A DNA stretch of 64,000 nucleotides, taken from contig NC_087250.1 of the NCBI RefSeq assembly GCF_037042905.1, positions 10,356,001 through 10,420,000 of the forward strand, in the 5' to 3' direction. The notes under the pieces are model-generated. The model was not told the origin of the DNA. It worked only from the letters and a program-made list of their open reading frames with translations, and made no database searches. Of the stretch, positions 1-13,391 are shown piece after piece. The number at the start of each line of letters is the position of its first letter. Position 1 is the stretch's first letter. Both the position numbers and the translations under genes were made by a program. Origin of the DNA: Lytechinus pictus. Lineage: Eukaryota.

Positions 1-2420
1 TGTTCTTGCATTCTGAACATTAATCTATTACCAAACATAAATTAGTAGAAAAAAAATATTGGGAAGTAATTTTTTTTGGTAGGTGTGAACATTTCCATTT
101 TGAAATTTCCGTCCGTGATGAAAAAAAAATATAAAAAGTTTTTTTATTTTTTATCAGAATAGAAATAAAAAATAAAAAGGTGTAGAGGTATCTCACTAAA
201 CACTGTACATCATTTTATTTGAACATAGCTGAAATCCATACATTTTATCCATATCATAAACTCAATCAAAAATGATCATGGACGGACAATGTAAATTCAC
301 TCAAATTCAATTCACTCTAGTTTTATTGTTTTCAAAGCTACTCCAATTTGGTTTGGATTTTCTTGTACTCTAAACATTAATCTATCATCAAACATAAATT
401 AGTAGAAAAAATATGGGAAGTAAATTTTTCTGGTAGATGTTAACATTCCATTTTGAAATTTCCATCCGTGATGAAATTAATGGCCGTCCGTGATCATTTT
501 TATTGAGTTTATGATATGGATAATATGTATGGATTCAGCTTTTTATTCTTTATCAGAATAGGAACAAAAATAAAAGTGTGCAGAAGCATCTCACTAGACA
601 CTACATCATTTCATTTGAATATAGCTAAAATCCATACATTTTATCCATATCATAAATCAATCAAAATAATCGCAGACGGACATTAATTTCATCACGGACA
701 GACAATGAGCAAATACTGAGCAGATTATGAATTTAATTTTAGTTCCAATTTGCAGTGAAAAATGGTACTGAGAATTATTCAGAACTCAAATGGATGGAAA
801 CCTACAACTCTTCACAATTTTTTGTGTAATTTTTCTTTGGCTGTTATTGGGGCTTAATTGTTGTCAGGAAATTTTTTTAAAACATAATTGGAATGCAGAT
901 AGAGTTGGAAGCTACATGTATGCCAATAAGCAGGAAATGAAATAGAGCAAGAATAAGTCAAAAGCTGTATATTTCATCAATTGAAGCTTGCAGAAAGTGA
1001 TGGAAAAGAAGAAAGTAGAATGCATACCGGGGTATTCTGATAAGCAGGAAAAAAAAATCATTTTTTCCATGTGCAAACCTATGGATTCACAATGCTTCTA
1101 ACAGAACATGACATCACGTCCTTGAGGCTTGTGAAAAGTACATAATTCCTTTTTTTAAAGTCCATTTTGGAGCTAATTTTGAGCAAATTGCTGATCTGGT
1201 AATCTGAAAATGCATACAATTCATAAAAAAAAATTGCACTGCAGTGTTTATAAGTTTAATTGGTATCTGATTTCAATTTTGGATTTGGTCAGTGCCTAAA
1301 TACATGAGGGCTGTTGATATGAAGGTGTGTCTCCACTTTAATATGGACAAAAGATGAATTTGAAGAGAGCCTGGACAAGTGTTGTGGTCATACTTGATCC
1401 ACCAAACAAGCATAATGATCAGCAACCTGTGAATCTTTTGGATTTACTTAATAATGGACATAAAAAAAAAATATGTGCTCTTCGAAAATTGATGCCTAAA
1501 AATGTATGAACATTTATCATCATGATAAGAATCAACATGATCATTGATCCACTGGATGTTGATTTGGTACCAACTACAGTATTCTCTAAATTGAAAAGAA
1601 GACAATGTGCATTAGGATATTTGATTTTGAAAAGAACTGTCTTTAAAAGCAATCATATGGCTAGATTATTTTGTGTGTCTAGCATAGAAATCATGTTGCT
1701 ACAACTTAAATCAAGTTGTAGCAACTTGATTGAAGTTGTAGCAACTTGATTGTGCAACTAATATTGTTTAATCATATTAAAAAAATGTACAAATCATCAA
1801 TACATTAGCATTTGTTCCCCCAAACAAGTAATAAGAACTTCTTACAAGGTACTTCCAATGTATTTTATTTGTGTCCGTCCGTGATGTCCGTCCGAGATGT
1901 CCGTCCGAGATGGAAAATATTTGCAATTCTCTCAGAAGTTTGATATTGGTTAAGAATTCAATATGCTGAACATAGAAGCTAACATACCCGAGTGTAAGTT
2001 GCATTAACAATTATTTAGATAGAAACAATAAAAATGTTTAAAAGTTCTGAAAACCACATTTCTATCGTGTCCGTCCGTGATATGGCACATTTAGTGGCTA
2101 CCTATGTTTGTAGGTAACCATGGCAACAAACTTTTTTCATCATTCAGCATACTTTGTCCTACCCTTCACTATAAAACACAAAGGAACCATGTTCATCTTA
2201 TTCCTAATTTGTTACAAGCCTTCAAAGTTTTCAAAATCTATCAAATGTCCGTCCGTGATGAACCGATCACGCTCCTTTTCAAGTCAACTTTTTGATCTAA
2301 CATCGCTGCAAAGATATATCTTATTTTAATATAGTGCTGAATGTAGAAAATTGATTTTTAAAACTTTCTAGAATATTGTTAGTGGCAGATCTTGGAAAAG
2401 TTGTTATCGCCCGAATTCCT
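1..2420. repeat. Degenerate DNA-transposon-like region with dispersed (G)TCCGTCCGTGAT motifs and a ~360-bp tandem duplication (1-270 vs 360-680)
   Basis: Motif at ~108, 484, 690 (rc), 1873-1910 (x3), 2070, 2248; direct similarity of 1-50 with 361-410. Confidence 0.5.
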
Positions 2421-4435
2421 TCAACTTTAGAGGCAATTTGGATTTCATGAGGGAAATTAAAGATTGCTCATTGCCTACATGTACAGTGTATTTCTTACAC
2501 TGAACCTTTGCATTTTAAAATTCTTTATATATAGCAGGCACTTTAATGAAAAAAAAAATTACTGTAAAAATTTGTTGGTTTTTATTCTGTCCTACTCTCT
2601 CAAGAACAGGGGAAATATCTTGATAATCTGTAAAGTCATGCATTACTTTATAGTTTATACAAAGTTGAAGTACGCATAGTTCTGTGAAACACTCCCTACC
2701 ACTGACTCACCATGGGCAGGAAGACAAAAAAAGTTCCAGCTTTCACAAAGCCACATCATGATTCCATTTGAGAATAAAATCCTGTATTAATAAAAAAGAA
2801 GAAAAGACAAAAATGACACACTGCACAGGCAATCATCCATTTTTTTCCTCCAATCATTGAGGTAAAAATCTGCACAATCAAAATTTCATGATAAAATACA
2901 AAACACAATGTTTCCCCAAAGTAATCCAAAATATAACTTTTGTATTCGTTGTCTCATTTTGATCACATTTTCTGTGTTTTGTTTGTTAGTCTGATTTTCC
3001 TTTTATCTGTTAATATACACTGTTGAAACATTAGATGAATTGAAAAATGTATTCAGACGGTGATAATGTACTTCTACATGTAGGTTGTATCTAGAGAGCT
3101 GATATCTAATTAATTACCTGTACAAATTTATATGTACCCTGCATACAAATTCCTTGGTAGATTGTAAATTCATAATCAACATTTCACAATTCACTTTATA
3201 TATAATCCTCATCAAATCCCTTGACCTTTATACATCTCTAAACTTCAATTTTTTTTTTGAAGATTAAATAAATTTTATATGTTTATAGTAGGTAACTATT
3301 ATGCAAGCAAATGGTCAATGGAATTAATATTTACACATGGTTGGTACAATAAAGATGCATCACTGAATCGCAGAGATCAAAGTCAGAACAATATTGAATC
3401 CTTCATATTTCACTCAAAATTGAAAGCAAACAAAATGCCAGACATATTTTTCCTGTGAAAGTCAAACATTCTTCACAGTGGGGAAGACACGAAGTAAAAA
3501 AGACTGCATAAGAACGTGCAAGCAGATCAATGCATTCTTTTGAATACAGATCATTTGAGTGTGATAATGCTATTGTTGCCAGTCTTTTCAAGAACTCTTT
3601 GATAATAAATAGGCTTTGATGCATAAATCTCTCGAAGGATAGGACGCATTAGTGATGGTTACATCGGAAGCAGTCAGAATTTGAGAAATTATACATTGTA
3701 CATGTTCATGTATGTGATAGGGCTGTGTAATAGCTGATATACATGCCTACAGGTTGCACGGGCCTATTAACAACAGGAAGGCATTTAAAGATATTCATTC
3801 GAGCCAACCCATTCTCTTTTTTTTTTCTACATATGATTGACAAAGTGTATGAATATATGATTGTCCATCTAACACTGAATCTAGATGGAAGGTAACTACT
3901 GAACTTTCTTTTCCAATATTGGGAAAAAATAATACCAACTTTGGAACTATATTTGACTAGCAGAAGGATTAGGGCTTTTTTACAAAATTACTGTTTTGGG
4001 TGATGTCTTCATACATGTAAATGCTGATTAACTTTTAAAATAGCCAGTTGAGGGATCCTTTTCTGGTCAGATATGGATTGTCAGATATACTGTAATCCTA
4101 TCCACTGGTAGTAAACATTTGACCCCCGAATTTCATCCTTATTTTTATAAGGATTTTTTTCAAAGTGCCAGTTTAACACACGAGTCTATGGGAAATGTTA
4201 AGGCCCGTGTACATATAGCCTACATATGTATAGCCTACATGTAGGTCAAAACCAATCTCCTTTTGCTTGTCAAATTGGCAACACTCATAAGTTTTCTATT
4301 CATTTTCATACATTATGGATACATCATGTCTCAAAACTACATGAATACAGTCAATGCCAATCAAAAAATCGTGATGTTGTCTTCATCACATTCGTTATTT
4401 ACCCTATACATGTAATACACAGAAATGGCACCATT

Positions 4436-4466
<31 letters not shown>

Positions 4467-4776
4467 GCTTCCAGTACATTTTTCACTAAAAAGGGGTAAA
4501 TAAACAAATCTATAGAGAAAAAAATATCAGACAAACACATCACTGAAAAGTTATCAAAATCAGACGGAATTTTATGACATCTTAAAGATTTGCATTTGGG
4601 GTATTACACAGCATTTGCTCCTGCGACGATTGTTCCAGGCTTGTACTACATGTTGGTCCTCTAGGGCATGGAGCTTCTACATGGAGCTCCATGGTTTTAG
4701 GAATACAATAGGGCTTTGGTTTTTTTATAATAGGGATCCATGTAATCAAATCCAGGGTTGAATTAGTCGCTTCAGT

Positions 4777-5150
4777 AGGGCCGTCTGCACCAGCCCAAGT
4801 TTTCAAATTAGCGCGCTATTTCTGATCCGGCCAATTATCCCGATCTGAACAATCTCGAGATTATTTGTAATTGAGATGCAATCATCGTGCTAATTGAGAT
4901 GCAATCCCAAGTCAACTTGGGATTATTTGCAAAATAGCGCATTATTTTACGAATTATCCCGCTAATTCGCAGGTGCAGACGCACTCGGGATTATTTATTC
5001 ACGGCGTCGGACCATAATGCATTGATGCCTTGCTCGAGCATGAATCGCTCTTCTTGCGTTGGTGGAGACGGGATTTCTTGAATCTCGAGATTAATCGCGA
5101 AGAGGGCCGTGCGGGCTAAAATCTTGAGATTAAGCAAACTCAGGCTCGTG
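4777..5150. mobile_element. Small non-autonomous palindromic element
   Basis: gtctgcacc (4783) / ggtgcagac (4972) inverted pair; repeated taattgagatgcaatc and tctcgaga motifs; CpG-rich. Confidence 0.4.
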
Positions 5151-5993
5151 CAGCACTGACTATAAAAGTGTGGAATTTACAGTTGTCACTGGAGCAAATG
5201 TCATGGAACCGCAATTTGGTCAATCATTACGCAAATGTCGCATGATAATTCATTGATTGCTGCAAGAAATGGGTCTCTGTGTCAAGACTATTTCTGAACG
5301 AATCCATTACTCAGAAGATATAATTTCCATTGAAGCATTTAGTAAACATGCAATACAATATGGCATTCTACTCTGTTTGAGTGAGTAAACACAATTATGG
5401 CGATCCATGATTGTTCATTGCATTGAGAGTCACAGAGTGCTATTCTTTTCCCAAACTCAATTGAGAGACAATTGACAGCTAAAGTTACATGTACAGTACA
5501 AGTCTGCCCTGTAATTTCCTTTTTTTTTTGTGTGTGCGAATAGGCTGCCTCTTGAAAGTTGCATATTGTTCTGGTTCATGTGTGAAAAACAAAAGAAAAA
5601 TTACAACTTTGTTATGAATCCATTACCTACATGTACATTACATTGTACGGCATAATTGTTACATGTACAAACTGTCCAATTTAAAAATCAATTCAGCTAA
5701 GTTTCCAACAATGCACTTTAAATACAGAATCATGTTTAAAGTAATTTTCATAGTATCTCGCGTCACAAATTAGCTGTACATTTTTTAAGACTTCTAATAT
5801 AGAATATAAAACATCTTTTCATTAGATTTTTACAACCTTAGACAAGAGAACTCTTCTCTCTTTACATGTACATGTACTTTGATAGGCAACTTTGTATCAA
5901 TTTTTATAATACAGCTTTTTTTTTGCTCCAATCTTCCCTTTCCTCCCCCTTTTTTCTTCTCATTTTAAAGATTTTTTTCACTACTTAAATAAT

Positions 5994-6399
5994 CGGTTAC
6001 ACTTCGTAAAATTTTCCGAAGGTTCGTAATTCCAAAGGTTCTTTATTCCGAAGGTTCGTAATTCCGAAACACGTAAATTGCCTATACCTCAATGTTTGTT
6101 AATCCGAAAACGTAAAAGGGTTCGTTAATCCGAACATTTGTGGCATTATTCCGAAGGTTCGATAATCCGAAGGTTCGTTAATCCGAAAACGAAATAAGGT
6201 TCGTTAGTCTGATAACGAAATAATAATAACGAACCTTCGGAATTACGAACCTCATTTCGTTTTCGGACTAACGAACCTTCGGAAATACGAACCTTCGGAA
6301 TAACGAACCTTCAGAATATCCGAACCTTCGGAATATCCGAACCTTCGGAATATCCGAACTTTCGGAATAACGAAGCTTCGGAATTACGAATGTATGCGG
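5994..6399. mobile_element. Foldback-like element built of CCGAAGGTTCGT units that switch orientation midway
   Basis: Left arm ccgaaggttcg repeats, right arm cgaaccttcgg repeats; imperfect terminal IR; AATAAT on both flanks. Confidence 0.7.
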
Positions 6400-6593
6400 A
6401 ATAATCATAGAGGGGGAAGGGGGTGTACCCCTGGAAATACGGCACCAGTTTAATATAAGAAATAAAAATAATTGGTTATTCTTGTTTTTTTTTTATTAAT
6501 CTGTTCTGGGAAATAACTACTTTGTAACCCTTGAAAGAAGCTATTGACAGTATCCATCTTGAGTTCTAAGAAATTCAATCAAGTTTATAAAGG

Positions 6594-6859
6594 CAGGGGC
6601 AGATCCAGGATTTTCCAAAAGGGGGGGGGGGGCACATTTTTCCAAGAAAAAATATGACAAGCAAAAAAAATATTTAAAAAAAAGGTTTTTAACAAAAAAT
6701 TAATGATATTTCGTCCCCAAACAATATTTGACAAGCAAGGTCATCACACTTCTGTTATAATGGCATTTTTAGTTTTACATTACAAATTTTCATTTTACTT
6801 TACAAAAGGGGGGGAGGGCCGGCTGAGCCCCCCCCCCCCCCCCACTGGATCCGCAAGTG
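6594..6859. mobile_element. Poly-G/poly-C MITE (GGCRGATCCAG...CTGGATCCGC); related opposite-strand copy at ~23455-23670
   Basis: Terminal inverted repeats with G and C runs. Confidence 0.6.
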
Positions 6860-6891
6860 ATAAAGGTACATTTACATGTAGATCTAGATCT

Positions 6892-7078
6892 GGTGGGTGT
6901 TTCATAAAGCTGTTCGTATGAAAGTTTAAAGTGACTTTAAGAACAACTGGTGAACCTTTCGTACCCGCTAAATAATCACCAATGAACATTTAATGGTGAA
7001 TTTCATAATACCACAAAGGTTCACCAGTCATTCTTAAAGTCACTCTTGAATTATGAACAGCTTTATGAAACAGCCCCC
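6892..7078. mobile_element. ~190-bp hairpin MITE (PIF/Harbinger-like); copies at ~28618-28788 and ~34445-34626; relative at ~26283-26526
   Basis: TIR gtttcataaagctgttcgta / tacgaacagctttatgaaac; CWG flanks. Confidence 0.75.
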
Positions 7079-7184
7079 TGGTAAATGTGCATTATGTTAA
7101 ACTTATCTTTGTGAAGTCATGAAAACTTTGCTAAAATTCTGTGCTTATTTTGCTCATTTCTCAGCAATTACGCATATTTACCCA

Positions 7185-7433
7185 GGGAAGAGGCTTCAGT
7201 TCTGAAAACTGTTCTCCCAGCGGGCCCTGCTATTATTACCCCAGCTTTAATAGCTTTGGCGCTCAAAGCATTCAAGGAATTTCTTCCTACTGGGTACCCA
7301 TTCACCTCACCTGGGTTGAGTGCAGCACAGTGTGGAAAAATTTCTTGCTGAAGGAAATTACGCCATGGCTGGGATTCGAACCCACAACTCTCTATTTCAA
7401 AATCAGAAGACTAATCCACTGGGCCACAACGCC
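7185..7433 (-). mobile_element. tRNA-derived SINE family 1 (Gln-like head)
   Basis: A/B-box head ggcccagtggattagtc...ggttcgaatccc followed by shared body; further copies at ~28920-29050, 31020-31130, 34200-34365, 34915-35110, 40527-40730, 43567-43810. Confidence 0.8.
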
Positions 7434-8143
7434 TTCTCTTCCAGAGCCAATTGGCACATATTTTTTACTTACAAATACAAATAGGAACACTTGGGTGGTA
7501 ATTTTACTGGATTGTGTTCGAACTCATTTAGAGATCGTTACCGCAAGTTCACAACTGGAATTTATCTTTATAATCAAGTTTATAATTCATCATATTTTGC
7601 TCACAATGTTATCTTTACGTCAAGTTTTCCTCATTTTTTTGCTGCATTTACTGTACACGTGCCGAGCTTTCCATGCAGTTGTGTACATTGTATGTTTGCT
7701 AGAGAAATGTCAAGTGATACCCTTCAAGTCAACTGAACTTTAAAATCATTGGAACGCACCATCACATTTCTATGGCGACATCTGAAAACCAGAAAAACAT
7801 GTTGACAGTGCTAATATTATCATTCATATTATTACTCGCATATAAACCACATTTTGACACACTCAGAGATTTCAGTTTTGGTACCGGTCACTGAACCTGC
7901 TTTAACTGGAGGGGAGGATGGGGGGGGGGGGGGAGAATGAAGGGGGGGGGGGGGCACTGCCACTACATGGGGGCCACCATACTACATGTACACAAAATCA
8001 TGTAAAACTTGTGTTTTTTTTCCGGCCGGGCAATGCACAGTACTGAACACACATGCACATGTACAATTGCCAAAATCAGGAAAACACTTTAATAATCAGG
8101 ACTTTGGAGATAAAGAAAATAAAATTTTGGAGGCATTATTTAA

Positions 8144-8724
8144 AGGGGAATGAAACCTTTGGAACGAGTAGGCTTCTCTTGAAACAGAAAAATCAAAGAA
8201 TAAGAACAAAGAAAGTTTGAGAAAAATCGGACAAATAATGAGAAAGTTATGAGCATTTCAATATATTGCAATCACTAATGCTATGGAGATCATCCTATTG
8301 GCAATGCGACAAGGATGTGTGATGTCACATGTGAACAACTTTCCCTTTGATGGACTATAAAATACCCCCAAAATGTCTCTTTTTGCTTTTTCTTATGGTG
8401 ATACAAACTCTTTATCCATGATGTATTCTTTAAAAATCTGTATTACATGCCCTCCTATAAAAACATGATCTACTGATACATGTGATTAAAGAGGCAGTTT
8501 AAGTGACATATACACTAAAGTAATGGGGAGAGTTGTTCACAAGTGACATCCCACATCTTTGTCGCATTGCCAATTTGAGGATCTCCATAGCATTAGTGAT
8601 CGCAATATTCAAATGCTCGTAACTTCCTCATTATTTGTCCGAATTTTCTCAAACTTTCGTTGATCTGTTTCTTTGATTTTCTGTTTTCACACAAGCTATC
8701 TTGTTCCAAAGGTTTCATTCTCCT
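8144..8724. mobile_element. Non-autonomous TTAA-target DNA transposon (Kolobok-like, AGG..CCT termini)
   Basis: TTAA on both sides, long TIR aggggaatgaaacctttggaac / gttccaaaggtttcattctcct; degenerate relative at ~18530-19190. Confidence 0.8.
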
Positions 8725-9188
8725 TTAAGGTGTCGTGGGGGAAATCATGTCAAAACACACGTACTGTGCATGTAGGCCTACCTGACTGTGCACTTGAATG
8801 ATGTGTACAGGCATGCACCGTTATAACAAATAATTATTTTCTTGGAAATTTTAGCCTACAATGTGACAATGTACATGTATGTATACGCCTACAAGTAAAC
8901 ATTCAGCCTGATAATTGCTACATGTATTCAAATCTAAATTGCTTTATCAATTGAATTGATTATGTATTCAAAAGACAAACCCTGTACATTACTACCGGTA
9001 CATGTATGTACTTTGTCCAATAAACCGAACAATAAATTCAGAACATGAAGCTTCATTGTATATAATTTGCACTAGTTGCATGAGTCATTCATGAGTAAAC
9101 AATTGTGTGTATGTATATAGGGAGTAGGCTATACCTGTAATTACCAAAAGTTATACAAAATCATGATCCGTGACATTTAAAATTTTTA

Positions 9189-9601
9189 GGCCCGAATTCA
9201 CAAAGGTGGTTTTGAAAACCCACGGTTGAGTCCATGGTTTATGCAGATTTCCTGTATAAATTATGCTTAATTTAGCGCGTATCTGGTGCGTGTATAAAAG
9301 ATGTCCAATTCTGATGCACGCTTTTGTCACAGTGCGCCAAATTGACGCCTGTTACCATGGTAAGATACGCTATTTTATTCATGAGTCCACTCTTCAAACA
9401 GTGGACTCATGAATAAAATAGCGTGGATAACCATGGTAACAGGCGTCAATTTGGCGCACTGGACAAAAGCGCGCATCACCATTTGACATGTTTTATACAC
9501 GCGCCCAATATGCGCTAAATTAAGCGTAATTTATACAGGAAATCTGCATAAACCATGGACTCAACCGTGGGTTTTCAAAACCACCTTTGTGAATTCAGGC
9601 C
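9189..9601. mobile_element. ~410-bp near-perfect palindromic MITE (PIF/Harbinger-like); copy at ~35181-35579, fragment at ~32400-32480
   Basis: TTA on both flanks; arms pair almost to the centre. Confidence 0.85.
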
Positions 9602-9804
9602 TTAGAGTCTATAAGATTTTATATAGCCAGGTGTATTGGACTTTGTTTCCATTGTCATGACATACATGTACATATAATAATGGGTGTATCAATGTCACTA
9701 TATATTCATTATTTTTATTTAAAAAAAAAAAATCACACCCTATCTGTGTAAAATGTCATTCATATTGTTTCTCGAGAAAACTCTATGCTGAAAATGAAAC
9801 TTTA

Positions 9805-10490
9805 TATTTTTGTCAGTGATTTTATGAACTGGCTCAAAGCCTCAAACCTAATTTTCGGGCAGATTTTCTAAAAAAATTTTTTTTTGCATATTTTGAAAGC
9901 CCATGATTTACTGTATTGATTTGCCAAATTTCAGATCAAAATTTGTATCATTTATTGAATAAGAGCATATTTATATTTTTTACGAACCGGCTCAACCCCC
10001 TTCTTTGATTTTACGAACTGGCTCAAACCATTATACTTTGTGTACTATTAAGTCTCTGGAGTGGCGCGCTCAGGTCAAAGACCCGACCTAGATGCTGTGC
10101 GTACATGCCGCGTGTACATGTATGTGCTTTGTGCAGGGTTTGTGCCTCTAAAAAAATCATGCGCGTGGCATGAATGAATACGAACTGGCTAAAAAATCCC
10201 TGTATTGGGGAAAAATTAGCAGCTTCTATTTAATGCATACATCCGCTTCATTTCAAATATTTAATAGAGAACCATATGATACGAATTGTGGACAAAATTC
10301 TATATACATGTAGAATAGAATATGTTTGCTTAATTGGTACGGTATACAATAATTGATATGGTTTCTTTAATACAAAGCGTGAAGTAATGAGGGTCTGAAA
10401 AACATTCAAACTTTGAACGCCTATCAGTTGAAATCATGTTTTGGAGACCAGGCGAGAATTGAGCCAGTTCGTAAAAACACTGACGAAATA
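9805..10490. mobile_element. Non-autonomous DNA transposon with ~30-bp TIR and internal repeats of the TIR core
   Basis: gtcagtgattttatgaactggctcaa / ttgagccagttcgtaaaaacactgac; ttacgaactggctcaa repeated at ~9980, 10011, 10179. Confidence 0.65.
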
Positions 10491-11139
10491 TAGGCTATAT
10501 GTATACATGTACATGCAGTCTACATGGAAAACAGTGCCTATAAATCAGATCATTGATTATAAAAAAGGAATTATTAACTTGTAATCTTGAAAGGTATTTT
10601 TATTTTTAAATAGTGGAGGCATTTTTTATTTATAAATATATTGGCAAATGGCATTAAAGCACTGACATGGTCCCACAATTTATACACTAGACAGTCTACA
10701 GGTACATGTATACACAAAATGCATTTACCGACCATGAAATCTCAGTGTACAAGATACACCAGAAAACTGTAGGCCAACATGTACATTGTATACTGTATAC
10801 ATGTATGTGTACATGTACATATATGTCTGAACACTGCTTTCAGCAATCTGTTTACAAAAATCTGCTGTTAACACTTGCACCCCCTTTCAAGCCCCTTCCG
10901 AATCACTTTTTTCAACAATTGAAACCCTTGAATAATGACAAACCACTCAAGCTTCTACTGATCACGACAATGTAGGGTCTTCACTGTAGGTTGGAATCAG
11001 GGGGGACACTTAAAATAGAAATCTTTTGATAAACTGGTCCTCATTCTCTAAGTATTTGGAGGCTCATTCGCACAGGAGCAGAATCAGTATATTCATTGCT
11101 TTTTTTCTGCTCTCTCTCTCTCGATCCTGTTATTATTAT

Positions 11140-11400
11140 TTTTTTTTTGAGCTGTACATTATATATCATTTGTACATCATTCAATTTACCAAAATACCAG
11201 CCTTCATATAGTGTCTGCTCATCATCTGATGCTCTATTGCTCCAGACACCCAGAACAAAACACAAATGGGGGTACCATGCATTGTCTGTTATAGGACCAA
11301 AGCTATGGAATCAATTGCCTTAAGATCCAATTATGCCAAATTTCATCACCAGAAACATTCAAGTCCCAACTGAAAACTTACCGGTATTTGTTCTCCCGTT
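11140..11400 (+). mobile_element. LINE (L2/CR1 group) ORF2 C-terminal remnant
   Basis: Peptide YQPS..SSDALLLQTPRTKHKWG..ALSVIGPKLWNQLP has the PxLWNxLP motif typical of L2/CR1 3' ends. Confidence 0.7.
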
Positions 11401-13391
11401 AACAGTTTAATAATAGTGTGTTCATTCAGGAGAATTCAAAATTCTATTAGTTTTCGTTTCCTATTATTGTTTGCGTGTTTATTTTTCTTAAGGCGTCATT
11501 AACACCGAAAGGTGGACGATATAGCCACCATTATTATTATCTCTAGGATATTACATGTACTGTAGGACCTTGGTTGGACCATATTTTAAATTTGTGACAT
11601 CATAATGCAAACTTGTACATGAATAGCTCCCCCATATTAATTTCCAGTTTTAATGGAACATCTCTTTTTAGAAGGGGGCATAAAATGATGCGTCTGATGA
11701 TGCATGTATCCCCCATGTACTGCATACATCACAAAATCAAAACTTTAGAAATTCACAAAGTTTTTTCTTTGACATATTTTCATCAAACCTTCACCAATAT
11801 TTATCTTTAATTTTTTTAATGCTTAAATTTCAAAACCAATTTTTTCGTCAGGGTGAACTTCCCCATTATTACATTTTACATAATGGCAAGGGAACCAAGG
11901 AAACTCCATGATAAATGGGTATAACAGGAGGTCAAGAAGGGTGATTATCTCTTTTCATTTCTTTCCATTTCTTTTTTCTATTTTAAATCAAAACCCCCTC
12001 CAAACCCTTGATGATAACTAATCCATATTAATTCTAAAACCAGTGGCTTATCATGGAATCCACCAGACATGTACAAATACCACACAGGACTGTATTTTTG
12101 TTGACCCTCCCAAAACACCCCCCCCCCCTTTCATGGAAGACGACCCCCCCCCCCCACCCTCAACCTCAATCTCGATCATGGCTTGGCATTAAAAATGTTC
12201 TCAAAGTCTCTCTTCTTTTTTCCCCCCCGAAATTCCTTTTTCCCCTTTTCAATTCAAACTATTAAAAAAAACCATAAATAATTCATGAAAGAACATACAA
12301 AAGCAGAAAAACAGAAAATCTTACAGTATTATGGGGAAAAACACTAAATATAAAGAGATAAAAGATGATACATAACAATAAATAACATGTATTACTTCTA
12401 AGACAGGAATTGTACATAGTATACTGTACATGTACAGCCTAGAAATGACACAAGACTTGCTAGGTTTTTGTAAATTGTAGCGTCAGGTAATTAATACTGT
12501 ACTACATGTACAAGCAAGGGTAGAGGTGCAGCCTCTGCCTAGCTACATGTGCATGCAAGCTCCTCAGTACACTGTAGGCTACACCTTCTGGAGAGAAATC
12601 CCCTGCTAACAGCTGGGAAGAACTCACTATAAAAGAGGTTTGGACATCAGTCCAATCGGTCAATTATCGATTCTTGTGCCTTGATAGATGCATACTATTA
12701 AAGTTGTGTAAATTGGCTATCCCAAACCACCAAGGTCAGTTGAGTTCCTCCCATTGTTCTCCATTGCGGAGAGACTTGACCGATGACAATAGATCGCTGA
12801 CCACATGCCCTGACCGATGATAGGTCGGTCTATTGGTCCAGACCAATGATTTATTTCTCAGAGGTCAGTTACATTCATACTTGAGACAGTTCATCAGAGA
12901 ATTTGGAAATTAAAGGTAAAAGAATCAAAGTAATTGCACAGCAAACGATTATTTCAGGAGAAAGCCTTTAAAATCAAGTTTAATTCCCACCATATTGAAA
13001 TGAAATAATAGCTGAAAAACGATAATTCCGATGATAACTAAAAACACAAAAAGGCATACGTGGGAAAGTGTATTATATTGTTTGGAAAATGGAATTCCTT
13101 GCTTTATACAGTATGCATTTTGCTCATTTCTCAGCAATTACACAACAGAGCTCTTTGGCACAAACAGTATAAACACTTGGGTGGTAATTTAATGTTGGAT
13201 TCTGTTCAAACTCGTTTTGAGATCGTTACCACAACTAGAATTTATCTTTATAAAGCCAAGCTACAAATTACATACATGTACAGTACATAATGAGCCAAAC
13301 AAAAAAAATGTAGGGGGCATGACAAAGATATTGTACGGGGCAAATATAAAATTCTGAGGTAAGTGAGTTTCTGTACCTACACCTTAATTAA

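Noticed and set aside
3403..3624. 73-aa minus-strand ORF as a downstream exon of the second gene
   Set aside because: No convincing acceptor/donor pair or recognisable homology.
5994..6399. CRISPR-like repeat array
   Set aside because: Units are ~14 bp without unique 30-40 bp spacers, the orientation inverts, there are no cas genes, and the context is eukaryotic.
7141..7743. 200-aa ORF
   Set aside because: GTG start; it runs across a MITE fragment and an antisense SINE, with no protein-like features.
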